From assembly GCA_003142035.1 (NCBI GenBank), contig PLOF01000074.1:51205-95401 (forward strand): a stretch of DNA of 44,197 nt, read 5' to 3'. Source of the DNA: Candidatus Dormiibacterota bacterium. GTDB taxonomy: Bacteria > Chloroflexota > Dormibacteria > Aeolococcales > Aeolococcaceae. Shown here piece after piece: positions 35,110-44,059 of the stretch. The first letter of the stretch is position 1. Every line of letters starts with the position of its first letter. The notes under the pieces were generated by a model. That model saw nothing but the letters and a program-made list of their open reading frames with translations. It was not told the DNA's origin and did no database searches. The position numbers and the translations under genes were made by a program.

Positions 35110-36003
35110 TCAGCCTCGCAGCCGGCCGCCGACCACGCGGGTGATGCCGTCGGGGTCCGCCTGGACGGTGACCTCGAGATCGGCCCGGCGCATCAGCGCC
35201 TGAACCGGCCGGCTGAGGTAGGGGGCGACCTCGAAGAGGAGCACGCCACCTCGGCGGAGCCACCCGGGGGCCTCCTCGACGAGATCCCGGACCAGGCCCA
35301 GCCCGTCGGGCGAGCCGTCGGTCAGGGTGTGGCGGGGCTCGAAACCCCGGATCTCGCGGGGCAGGGTGCGGACCTCCCGCCGGGCCACGTAGGGGGGGTG
35401 CATGGTGAAGGCACCGATCTCGCCGCGAAGGCGTCCGGGCAGGGCGGTGAGGAGGTCGGACACCCGGAAGTGGGCGTTGCCGAGGTGATTGCGCCGAGCA
35501 TTGGCCCGGCTCAGGGCGACGGCGGCCGGATCGATGTCCAGCCCCCAGACCTCGGCCGAGGGCAGGGCGTCGGCGATCGCGCAGGCGACGGGCGCAGCCC
35601 CGCAGGCGACGTCCACCACAACCTTGACCGGGCGGCGCCGGAGCGCGGCGACCGCCGCCTCGGCGAGGAGCTCGCTGGACCCCCGGGGAATGAAGACGCC
35701 GGGGCGGACGGCCAGGGTGAGACCGGCGAACTCGACGACGCCCCGGATCAGGGCCACCGGCTCGCCCGCGGCCCGCCGCAGCAGGAACTCGAGGTAGCGC
35801 CGCGCCAGCCGGGCGGGAACGAGGGCCTTGGGGTCGAGGGCGTCGGTCTCCACCCCGAGGGCCAGGGCGAGGAGGTCCGCGGCGTCCTCCCGGGCGATCG
35901 ACGCCCTCCAGTGGTCGATGGCCGTCGACTCCCTCAGCACCGTGCGACCATCGGCTAACAGCTGACCTACTCTGGGCGCGGCGGAGCTCATTCGTGGTTG
36001 CAT
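35110..36003 (-). CDS. HemK/PrmC-family SAM-dependent methyltransferase (atypical motifs)
   Basis: RRAAGEPVA, FIPR, DVACG, HPPY, EP...L...DGL motifs; start 36003 (TACCAT 8 nt upstream) or 35991. Confidence 0.88.
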   Translation of the reverse strand: MQPRMSSAAPRVGQLLADGRTVLRESTAIDHWRASIAREDAADLLALALGVETDALDPKALVPARLARRYLEFLLRRAAGEPVALIRGVVEFAGLTLAVRPGVFIPRGSSELLAEAAVAALRRRPVKVVVDVACGAAPVACAIADALPSAEVWGLDIDPAAVALSRANARRNHLGNAHFRVSDLLTALPGRLRGEIGAFTMHPPYVARREVRTLPREIRGFEPRHTLTDGSPDGLGLVRDLVEEAPGWLRRGGVLLFEVAPYLSRPVQALMRRADLEVTVQADPDGITRVVGGRLRG

Positions 36004-36011
36004 GGGCGGGC

Positions 36012-36836
36012 ATGGTAGTCGCAGAACCCCGACCCTGGCGCATCGCGGCCTTCTTCGACGTCGACCGGACCCTGGTGCGCGGCTCCTCGATCGTCGCCCT
36101 CGCGGGCCCTCTCTGCCGCGCCGGCCTGCTCCCGCGGCGGGCGCTCCTCGGGGCCGCCGTCCGGGGCTTGCAGTTCAGCGCTCGTGGCTTCGACGAGGTG
36201 GAGGTCCAGCGGGCGGTGGGCCGCATCGGCGACGCCGTCCGTGGCATGGATGCGGCCGAGCTTCGCCGGGTAGCGGACCGGGCCATCCCCCGCGTGCTCG
36301 GCCCCCGCCTGTACGCCGAGGCGCTGCAGCTCATCGCCTGGCACCGCGCACGCGGCCACCTGGTGTTCCTCGTCTCCGCGTCCACCCATGAGCTGATCGA
36401 CAGGCTCGGCAGCATCGTGGGGGCCGACGGAGTGGTCGCCTCCGAGGCCGATGTCGTCGCCGGCCGTTACACGGGCACGGTGGCCCTCTGCCACGGTGCG
36501 GCCAAGCTGGAGGCGGTCCGCCACCTGGCCGCGGCTTACCGCGTCGACCTGGAGAGCTCCTTTGCCTACGGCGACGGCGCCGGGGACATCCCGATGCTCC
36601 TGGCGGTTGGCCACCCGACCGCTGTCAACGCCGATCGCCGGCTCCGGGCGACCGCGGCACGCCGCGGCTGGCCGCAGCTCCGTTTCCGTGCGAGGGACGG
36701 ACTGTCGTGGCTGGACGACCCCGGCTGGCCGCTGGCATCGGGACGGACCGCCGGGCCGCCGAGGCGCGGAGAAGCCGGCGAGGTCCTGCTCACCGGCGAG
36801 CTCCCCCCGGAAGGGGCCAGCACCCCCGCCTACTGA
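36012..36836 (+). CDS. HAD-IB family hydrolase (SerB-like)
   Basis: FFDVDRTL, LVSAS, K and AYGDGAGD motifs I-IV. Confidence 0.9.
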   Translation: MVVAEPRPWRIAAFFDVDRTLVRGSSIVALAGPLCRAGLLPRRALLGAAVRGLQFSARGFDEVEVQRAVGRIGDAVRGMDAAELRRVADRAIPRVLGPRLYAEALQLIAWHRARGHLVFLVSASTHELIDRLGSIVGADGVVASEADVVAGRYTGTVALCHGAAKLEAVRHLAAAYRVDLESSFAYGDGAGDIPMLLAVGHPTAVNADRRLRATAARRGWPQLRFRARDGLSWLDDPGWPLASGRTAGPPRRGEAGEVLLTGELPPEGASTPAY

Positions 36837-36961
36837 CGCCGGCCCCAGTCCGCGGACGGCGGCACCCCACCGGCTGAGACCGGGACGGATGGTGACGGTT
36901 CGCGTGGCCAGATCCGCGCGGGACGGCGCTTACAATCCGCCGACCGGCATCCACCGGTCCC

Positions 36962-38356
36962 ATGGACAACGCTTCCCCGCCCCCGCCACCGCTCCCCCCA
37001 CCGCCCGGTTGGGGCCCGCCGCCGCCGTGGTCCCCGCCAGTCCAGGCCGCGGCACGTCCGGGGATGGCGCCGCCCGGAGCGGAGCTCCACCTCGCCGGGT
37101 TTGGCCGGCGGCTGAGTGCCTTCGCGCTGGACGGGGTGCTCATCGCGGTGATCGCCGTGGCCGGACTGACCGTGGGGGCGATCCTCATCCGGGCAGCCAT
37201 CCCGGGGACGGCCTCGATCCCCACGGCGGACCAGAATCTACCGCTGGTCCTGCTGGGCCAGCTGATCGACCTGCTCAGCCTGATCGCCCCTCCTTTCGTC
37301 TACCCGGCCATCGGCTGGCACTCGGGCGCCACACCGGGGATGCGCACCCTCGGCCTCCGCGTGGTCGACGCCCGAAGCGGCGACCGGCTCAGCTGGGGGC
37401 AGTCGCTGCTGCGCACCACCGGGTGGTGGTGGTCCCTGCTGACGCTCGGAGCCGGCTTTGTGCCCATCCTGGCCGGCCGCTGGCGGCGCGGCCTCCCCGA
37501 CTGGATGGCAAGCAGCCTGGTGCTCGCGATTCAGCCCCTGCCGCTCACCTGGATTGCCGGCCCATACGGCTGGGTCATGGGGCCGGCGCGGCCAGCGCAG
37601 CCGGCCCCGCTCATCCCCACGGCGCGCGACACCACGGAGGCGGAGGAGGCGACTCGCACCTCCTGGACCTGGACCGACGTGGTCCCGGTGCTGGTGACGT
37701 TCTTCCCGATCATGTTCGGAGCCAACTGGCTCGCCGAGGCCACGGCCCAGGGGCTTCGGATCAACGCCGGGAGCGGTGGTGCCCTGGTGCTCTCCTATGC
37801 CGACGAGATCGCCGTGTACGGCGCCAGCCTGCTGCTCATCGTGCTGCTGGTGCGGTGGCGCCGGCACACCCCAGTGACAACGCTCGGTCTCCGGCTGCCG
37901 GCGTGGCCGTGGCTTGTCGCCGGCGTCCCGCTGGGCTTCGCCGCCTACGTTCTCGAGGATGTGGGCGGGGTGATCGGCCGCATCGTCCTCCCCACGGCCA
38001 ACGCCACCAACCAGTGCGTCGGCATTCGCGGCGAGTTCGGCGGTTCGGTGGTGCTCACGCTGCTCGCGGTCGCGGTGATCGCCCCCGTCTCCGAGGAGAT
38101 CATCTTCCGCGGCTTCGTATTCCGCTGGCTGCAGGGGCGGATGCCCCTCTGGGGCGCCGTGCTGGTGAGCGCCGCCATCTTCTCCGCCGCCCACGCCGGT
38201 TGGGCGGAGCCCAGCCTCTTCCTCCCCGTCTTCCTGGGAGGCGTCCTCCTCGCCTACGTGTACGCGAAGTCGAGGTCGGTGTGGCCGGGTGTGATCATCC
38301 ACATGGCCATCAACATCGTCGGCGTGATCCTCATCCTCGCCTACAGCGGGTGCTGA
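36962..38356 (+). CDS. RDD domain + CPBP (CAAX/Abi) intramembrane metalloprotease fusion
   Basis: AGFGRRLSAFALD...TPGMR.LGLRVV (RDD) and EEIIFRG, FSAAH, IIHMAIN (CPBP). Confidence 0.88.
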   Translation: MDNASPPPPPLPPPPGWGPPPPWSPPVQAAARPGMAPPGAELHLAGFGRRLSAFALDGVLIAVIAVAGLTVGAILIRAAIPGTASIPTADQNLPLVLLGQLIDLLSLIAPPFVYPAIGWHSGATPGMRTLGLRVVDARSGDRLSWGQSLLRTTGWWWSLLTLGAGFVPILAGRWRRGLPDWMASSLVLAIQPLPLTWIAGPYGWVMGPARPAQPAPLIPTARDTTEAEEATRTSWTWTDVVPVLVTFFPIMFGANWLAEATAQGLRINAGSGGALVLSYADEIAVYGASLLLIVLLVRWRRHTPVTTLGLRLPAWPWLVAGVPLGFAAYVLEDVGGVIGRIVLPTANATNQCVGIRGEFGGSVVLTLLAVAVIAPVSEEIIFRGFVFRWLQGRMPLWGAVLVSAAIFSAAHAGWAEPSLFLPVFLGGVLLAYVYAKSRSVWPGVIIHMAINIVGVILILAYSGC

Positions 38357-38392
38357 GCCGGTCGAGCCGACCGGTGATGCCCGGTGGGGCGG

Positions 38393-39694
38393 TCAGGCGA
38401 GGCGGGCGCCCGCCGGCCGCCCCGCGGCGGCGACCGCGTCGGCCACCTTGCCTGCCTCCGCCGGGTCCAGGCTCGCGCACGTGATCCGCACCCCAGGCCC
38501 GGTGGCGATCCGGAAGCGCTCTCCGGGGAGGGCGGCGTAGCCCGCCTCGGCGAGCGAATCGAGCACCGGAGCCTCGGCCTCCACCGGCACCCAGACGTTG
38601 AAGCCGGTGGCTCCCTGGGCGGCGATGCCGCGCTCCGCGAGAGCGTCGATGAGCGCCTCCCGCCGCTGCCGGTAGGTATCGGCGGAATGCGCGAGCAGGA
38701 GATCCTGTCCTGGGCGCGACCAGAGGCTCAGGACCAGCCGCTGGAGCAGGTGGCTCACCCATCCGGACCCCACCGCCAGCCGCCCCTCGACCCGTGCCAC
38801 CGTCCCCTGGTCACCGCAGACGACGGCCAGCCGGAGGTCGGGCCCGAGGGTCTTGGAGACGGAGCGGACCACGGCCCAGGCGGGCGATCCGGGGACGGCG
38901 ACACCGACCACCGACCCACCCCCGACCGCCTCGGCGTGGTCGTCCTCCACCACCAGGACGTCCGGGTGCCGGGCCAGCACCCGGCGCAGCTCGGTGCGGC
39001 GGAGGTCGTCGAGTGCGCTGCCAAAAGGATTTTGACTTCGGGGGGTCATCACCACCGCCCGGGCGCCGCGGCGCAGCGCGCCCTCCAGGTCGTCGGCGAG
39101 CATGCCCCGGGCGTCGACCCGGACCGCCTGCGCCCGGAGCGACATCGCCCGGAGAAGGTCGAGGATCGGCGGATAGACGGGATCCTCCACCGCCACGCTG
39201 TCGCCAGGCCGGAGATGGGCCTCGAGAACCCGCTCGATGCCGTCGACGGCGCCGCCCACGACGGTGAGGTGGGAGGCGTCCAGCCCGTCGGCACGGAGCC
39301 GCTCCCGGGTGAGGTCGGCCAGGTCGCTGTCGACCATGGGCAAGCCGTAGGGGACGGAGCGGCGAGGCAGGGTGGCCAGGGCCCGGCTCCAGTCGGGCAG
39401 GAGCTGCGGGTCGGGCTGGCCCTGGGCGAGGTCGCGAAGGCCCGGGCGGATCCGGGCGGTGACCCCCGCGTGCAGGGGGGGGCGCGGCGCGATCGAAGTC
39501 CCCGCGCGGCCCGACCCGACCGCCAACCCGCGGCGGCCCAGCTCCCGGTAGGCCGCCGCGACGGTCGCCGGGCTCACCCCCAACTCGCTCGCGACCCGGC
39601 GCACGGTGGGCAGGTGTTCCCCCGGTTGGAGACGTCCGTCACGGACCTCCCCCTCGACCGCGGCGGCGATGTCGACCGCCCTCCGGCCGGTCAT
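38393..39694 (-). CDS. MocR/GabR-family regulator (GntR HTH + PLP aminotransferase domain)
   Basis: LPTVRRVASELGVSPATV HTH; EDP.Y, QNP.G, EDD and SVSKTLGPDLR motifs; start may be slightly upstream. Confidence 0.93.
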   Translation of the reverse strand: MTGRRAVDIAAAVEGEVRDGRLQPGEHLPTVRRVASELGVSPATVAAAYRELGRRGLAVGSGRAGTSIAPRPPLHAGVTARIRPGLRDLAQGQPDPQLLPDWSRALATLPRRSVPYGLPMVDSDLADLTRERLRADGLDASHLTVVGGAVDGIERVLEAHLRPGDSVAVEDPVYPPILDLLRAMSLRAQAVRVDARGMLADDLEGALRRGARAVVMTPRSQNPFGSALDDLRRTELRRVLARHPDVLVVEDDHAEAVGGGSVVGVAVPGSPAWAVVRSVSKTLGPDLRLAVVCGDQGTVARVEGRLAVGSGWVSHLLQRLVLSLWSRPGQDLLLAHSADTYRQRREALIDALAERGIAAQGATGFNVWVPVEAEAPVLDSLAEAGYAALPGERFRIATGPGVRITCASLDPAEAGKVADAVAAAGRPAGARLA

Positions 39695-39760
39695 GTAAAA
39701 TAGTTCGGTAACGTTCAACGGTTTGTATCATTACATAGATGCAAAACTTGGATGCAGACA
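39695..39760. promoter_or_regulatory. AT-rich divergent promoter region with candidate MocR operator
   Basis: TGTA-tcat-TACA palindrome and two GATGCA direct repeats in an AT-rich island between the regulator and its target. Confidence 0.5.
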
Positions 39761-39779
39761 TTTGGGAGGCAGGCCTGAG

Positions 39780-40466
39780 GTGCGCGATCCCGAGAGCGCC
39801 GGACCGGCGAGCCCCCGGGTCCAGCTGCACCGGCACGCGGAGCGCGCCCGGTATGACCGGGAGACCATCGACGCCATCCTCGACGAGGCTCTGATCTGCC
39901 ACCTCGGGGTGGTCATCGACGGGGAGCCGCTGGTACTACCCACCGGGTTTGGCCGGGTGGACGACACCCTCTACCTCCACGGAGCGGCCACCAATCGCAG
40001 CCTGGCCGCGGCACTGGACGGAGTCTGCATCACCGTCACCCACGTCGACGGGCTGGTGCTGGCCCGCTCCGCGTCTGGCCACTCGATGAACTTCCGCAGC
40101 GTGGTGGTGCGGGGACACGCCCGCGCCGTCACCGATCCGGAGGAGCGCCGGGCCGCACTGGTGGCCGTGGTCGAACACGGCATCCCGGGTCGGTGGGCGG
40201 AGGTGCGCCCACCCAGCGCCAAGGAGATCGAGAGCACCACCGTGGTCGCCGTGGACCTGGCCGAGTGCTCAGCCAAGGTCCGTACCGGCCCACCCCTCGA
40301 CCCGGTCTCCGATCGCGGCCTTCGCGTCTGGGCGGGTGAGATCCCCCTCCGGCTGGTCGCCGGAGCCCCCCGCCCGGACCCCCATCTGAGCGAGGGCATC
40401 GACGAGCCCGCGAGTGTCACCGAGGTCCTGCGGCGGTTTCCTGGCCCAGCGCCCGCCGGCGCGTGA
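39780..40466 (+). CDS. Pyridoxamine 5'-phosphate oxidase-like flavin-binding protein
   Basis: ERARYDRETIDAILDE, LYLHG, DGLVLARS..HSMNFRSVV and SAKVRTGPP motifs; GGGAGG SD. Confidence 0.9.
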   Translation: MRDPESAGPASPRVQLHRHAERARYDRETIDAILDEALICHLGVVIDGEPLVLPTGFGRVDDTLYLHGAATNRSLAAALDGVCITVTHVDGLVLARSASGHSMNFRSVVVRGHARAVTDPEERRAALVAVVEHGIPGRWAEVRPPSAKEIESTTVVAVDLAECSAKVRTGPPLDPVSDRGLRVWAGEIPLRLVAGAPRPDPHLSEGIDEPASVTEVLRRFPGPAPAGA

Positions 40467-40470
40467 CGGG

Positions 40471-41421
40471 GTGACCCGAGCCCGCCTCACTCCCCTGCTC
40501 GTCGCCGCCTTCGCGGCCGTCTACCTGATCTGGGGGTCCACCTTCCTCGCCATCCGGCTGGCGATCGACACCGTCCCGCCGCTCGCCATGGCGGGGGTCC
40601 GGTTCCTCATCGCCGGCGCGCTCCTCTTCCCCATCGCCCTCCTCACCGGGGACCGGGGGGATCGGCTGACACCACGGCATTGGCGCTCGGCGCTCGTCAT
40701 CGGAGTGCTCCTGGTCACCGGGGGCAACGGGGTGCTCACCTTCGCGGAGCTGCATGTGTCCTCCGGGGTGGTCGCCATGCTGGTCGCCACCGTGCCGATC
40801 TGGATGGTCGCCCTCGCCCACTTCCGCGGTCTCCAGAAGACGAGCCGGCTGGGGGCGGCGGGGCTGGTCATCGGCCTGATCGGGGTCGGACTCATGCTCC
40901 GCCCCGGCAGCACCGGCTCCGCCGCACCCATCTGGCTCGTCTTCACGCTGATCTCGCCGGTCTCCTGGGCGCTCGGCTCCATCTACGCCCGCAGCGCGAG
41001 CATGCCGCGCCGGCCGCTGCTCGCGACCTCGATGGAGATGCTCTGCGGTGGAGCGGCGCTCTGCCTCATCGCCGCTCCGCTCGGCGAGTGGGGCCAGGTC
41101 CACCTGGCGGCGATCTCGGGGCTCTCGGTGGCCGCGTTCTTCTACCTGGTGATCCCCGGTTCCATCGTCGGCTACAGCGCCTACGTGTACCTGAACCGGA
41201 AGGTCTCGCCCCAAGCGGCGTCCAGCTACGCGTACGTCAACCCGCTGGTGGCGGTGCTCCTCGGGTGGGGGTTCCTCGGTGAGAGCGTGACCGCGACGAT
41301 CCTCGTCGCCGGGGCCCTGATCGTGATCGCGGTGGCGGTCCTCCTGGCGGGGGGGCGCCGGCCCTCGGCATCCGGCGCCGAGGCCACCTGCATGGAGGGC
41401 GGCCAGCCGGAGGTGGCCTGA
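40471..41421 (+). CDS. EamA/DMT transporter (YedA-like)
   Basis: VYLIWGSTFLAI and YAYVNPLVAVLLG motifs; about 10 TM. Confidence 0.92.
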   Translation: MTRARLTPLLVAAFAAVYLIWGSTFLAIRLAIDTVPPLAMAGVRFLIAGALLFPIALLTGDRGDRLTPRHWRSALVIGVLLVTGGNGVLTFAELHVSSGVVAMLVATVPIWMVALAHFRGLQKTSRLGAAGLVIGLIGVGLMLRPGSTGSAAPIWLVFTLISPVSWALGSIYARSASMPRRPLLATSMEMLCGGAALCLIAAPLGEWGQVHLAAISGLSVAAFFYLVIPGSIVGYSAYVYLNRKVSPQAASSYAYVNPLVAVLLGWGFLGESVTATILVAGALIVIAVAVLLAGGRRPSASGAEATCMEGGQPEVA

Positions 41422-41466
41422 CCTCCGGGGACCGCCGCCGTCGCGCCCCATGGGCACAATGGCCAG

Positions 41467-42195
41467 GTGACCTCTGAAGCGGTGCGGTCCCCGGGCGAAA
41501 CGGCCCCTCGCCCTCCGCGCCAGCGCCTCATCGAGGGACGCTGGGGATGGCTGGACGTCCTGATCGTCGGGCCCCTGGTGGCCAGCTCCATCTACTACTA
41601 CGTGGGACTGCCTCTCGGCACCTGGCTGATCCTGAACAACCAGCCGGTGAAGGCCGCGCTGCTCCGGGGGTCCACGGCGTCGATGATCCTGACCGGGGCC
41701 GCGGTCCGGACCTCCGGCCTGAGCATCTGGGTGGCACTGCTCGCCCCCCTCCCGATCACCATGTGCACCGATCCCTGCTTCTTCTACGGGGGCCGCCGCT
41801 ACGGCCGGTCCCTCATCGACTTCCTTGGCCGCAACGACCCCAGGTGGAGCCGGCGGCTGGCCCGGGGGGAGCGGATCTTTGCCCGCTGGGCCGGCTGGGC
41901 GGTCTTCCTCGCCCCGGTGATCTGGCTGCCCAACTCCGTCTTCTACTTCCTGGCGGGGGAGCCCCGGAAGATGCGGTTCTGGCGGTTCATCCTCCTGGAC
42001 GCCGCCGGCGAGCTGGCCTACATCGCGGAGATCGAGGCTCTTGGCTACTTCATCGGCAAGCCGGCCGAGGACGTCGCCAAATCTCTCTCCAACTACAGCC
42101 TCCCGATCGTGATCGGGATGGTGGTCCTGGTCGTGCTCGTCTCGGTGGTGACCGGGGCTCGGCAGGCGCGCACGGGTTCAGGTCCCGCGAGGTGA
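41467..42195 (+). CDS. DedA/VTT-family membrane protein
   Basis: D...FYGGRRYG, F.RW...AVF, LAG...MRFWRF pattern; CACAAT ends 6 nt before the GTG. Confidence 0.8.
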   Translation: MTSEAVRSPGETAPRPPRQRLIEGRWGWLDVLIVGPLVASSIYYYVGLPLGTWLILNNQPVKAALLRGSTASMILTGAAVRTSGLSIWVALLAPLPITMCTDPCFFYGGRRYGRSLIDFLGRNDPRWSRRLARGERIFARWAGWAVFLAPVIWLPNSVFYFLAGEPRKMRFWRFILLDAAGELAYIAEIEALGYFIGKPAEDVAKSLSNYSLPIVIGMVVLVVLVSVVTGARQARTGSGPAR

Positions 42196-42878
42196 CGGAC
42201 CTCGCCGATTCGGCGACAATCTCCCCCGTGGCCGACAGCCCACGGCAGTTCGTCCTCGGTGTGGACCTGGATGGCGTCTGCGCCGACTACTACCCGTTCA
42301 TGCGTGGGGTGATCGCGGAGTGGCTCGGCCGGGACCTGGAGTCCCTCCCCCCCGATGTCGGCTGGGAGCTGACCGAGTGGGGCATCGAACCGGGCGAGTT
42401 CCACAAGGTGCATCGCTTCGCGGTGGTGGAGCGCCATCTCTACCGGGACATGGGGATGATCGCCGGCGCCGGGCCCGCGCTGCGCCGCCTCTCCAACCTC
42501 GGCATCCGGATCCGGATCATCACCCACCGCCTGGTCATCGAGCACTTCCACCGGATGGCGGTGGGCCAGACCATCGAGTGGCTGGACCGTCACGGCATCC
42601 CCTACTGGGACCTCTGCTTCATGGGGGAGAAAGGGGCCGTCAACGCCGATCTCTACCTCGAGGACGGTCCGCACAACATCGAGGCGCTGCTGCGCGAGCA
42701 GCGGGACGTGGTCGTCTTCAGCCATGCGGCCAACCAGCATCTCAAGGTGCCCGCCGGGGACCGCGCCCGCAACTGGGCGGAGGCGGAGCCGCTCGTCCTC
42801 GCCCGCTTCCGCGAGTGGGAGCAGCGCGGCGGGGCGACGGGGATGCGCCGCCGCGCATCGGATCGCGCCGCCGAGTGA
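42192..42878 (+). CDS. 5'(3')-deoxyribonucleotidase-like HAD phosphatase (NT5C)
   Basis: GVDLDGVCAD, ITHR, K and YLEDGPHN motifs; start 42192 (GTGA overlap) or 42228. Confidence 0.85.
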   Translation: MTDLADSATISPVADSPRQFVLGVDLDGVCADYYPFMRGVIAEWLGRDLESLPPDVGWELTEWGIEPGEFHKVHRFAVVERHLYRDMGMIAGAGPALRRLSNLGIRIRIITHRLVIEHFHRMAVGQTIEWLDRHGIPYWDLCFMGEKGAVNADLYLEDGPHNIEALLREQRDVVVFSHAANQHLKVPAGDRARNWAEAEPLVLARFREWEQRGGATGMRRRASDRAAE

Positions 42879-43873
42879 GCGCGGAGACCGTCGAGGTCGA
42901 CGGCCGGGACCTCGCGATCAGCAACGGCGACAAGCTCTTCTTCCCCGAACGTGGGATCACCAAGCGCCAGCTCATTGACTACTACCTCGCGGTCGGTGAG
43001 GGAGCCTTGACCGGCTGCTTCGACCGCCCCTCCGTCCTCAAGCGCTACCCCAACGGGGCGACCGGCCCGTACTTCTTCCAGAAGCGCGCTCCAGTCGGCG
43101 ACGCCGGATTCCTGCACACCACCACGGTGCAGTTCCCGAGCGGCCGCAGCGCCGACCTGCTGGTCATCGACTCGCTGGCGGCTCTGATCTGGTCGGTCAA
43201 CCTCGGCTGCATCGACATCAATCCCTGGCCGGTGCGAAGCGGCGACACCGACCACCCCGACGAGCTGCGGGTCGACCTCGACCCCCAGCCCGACATCCCC
43301 TTCTCCGACATCCGCAAGGTGGCGCTGGTGGTGCGCGAGGTGCTCGAGGAGATGGACCTGAAGGGCTATCCCAAGACGTCGGGATCGCGGGGCATCCACA
43401 TCAACGTCCGGATCGTCCCCGAGCACGGCTTCACCAAGGTCCGGCGGGCCGCCCTGGCGCTCGCGCGCGAGGTCGAGCGCCGCGCCCCGACCCTCGCCAC
43501 CAGCAAGTGGTGGAAGGAGGAGCGCCACGGCGTTTTCATCGACTACAACCAGAATGCCAGGGACCGCACCGTCGCCAGCGCCTACTCGGTGCGACCCGTG
43601 CCCGATGCGCGGGTCTCCTGTCCGCTGGAGTGGGACGAGGTGGCCGGCGTCGAGCCCGCCGACCTGACCGTGGAGACGGTGCCACGCCGATTGAGCCAGA
43701 AGGGGGACCCGGGCGCCGGCATCGACGCCGTCGCGTACCGGCTGGACCCCCTGCTGGAGCTGTCCGACCGCGACGAGCGCGAGGGACTGGGCGACGCCCC
43801 CTGGCCACCCCACTTCCCCAAGGGCGACGGCGAGCCCCGCCGCGTGGCTCCGTCGCGCGCCCGCAAGACCTGA
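42875..43873 (+). CDS. Stand-alone LigD-type primase-polymerase (Prim-PolC-like)
   Basis: RYPNG, FFQK, DELRVDLDP, KTSGSRGIH and DYNQNARDRT..SAYSVR motifs; C-terminal PWPPHFPK..GEP extension. Confidence 0.93.
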   Translation: MSAETVEVDGRDLAISNGDKLFFPERGITKRQLIDYYLAVGEGALTGCFDRPSVLKRYPNGATGPYFFQKRAPVGDAGFLHTTTVQFPSGRSADLLVIDSLAALIWSVNLGCIDINPWPVRSGDTDHPDELRVDLDPQPDIPFSDIRKVALVVREVLEEMDLKGYPKTSGSRGIHINVRIVPEHGFTKVRRAALALAREVERRAPTLATSKWWKEERHGVFIDYNQNARDRTVASAYSVRPVPDARVSCPLEWDEVAGVEPADLTVETVPRRLSQKGDPGAGIDAVAYRLDPLLELSDRDEREGLGDAPWPPHFPKGDGEPRRVAPSRARKT

Positions 43874-44001
43874 GGTACCACCCCCGCATCACGTCGCAAG
43901 CCTCGCTTCGCGCGACCTCCAGGCGGAGTGGGTTCACCCCCAAACCCCGTTAAGGACACGAACGTCCTTAACCGGCTGCGAGGCATGCAGGGGGTGCTAC
44001 C
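43874..44001. repeat. Imperfect inverted-repeat element with GTTAAGGAC-N6-GTCCTTAAC core
   Basis: Ends GGTACCACCCCC / GGGGGTGCTACC pair; palindrome at 43949-43972 has arms identical to those at 2051-2074. Confidence 0.65.
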
Positions 44002-44059
44002 GGCGGTGAAGAGCACCGCCCGAGTCGCTTCGAGCCCACCTCAGCGTCGAGGCGATTGG

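Noticed and set aside
35392-35398. G7 tract as a phase-variation site in the hemK-like gene
   Set aside because: Short, explained by His-Pro-Pro codons, and the frame is intact.
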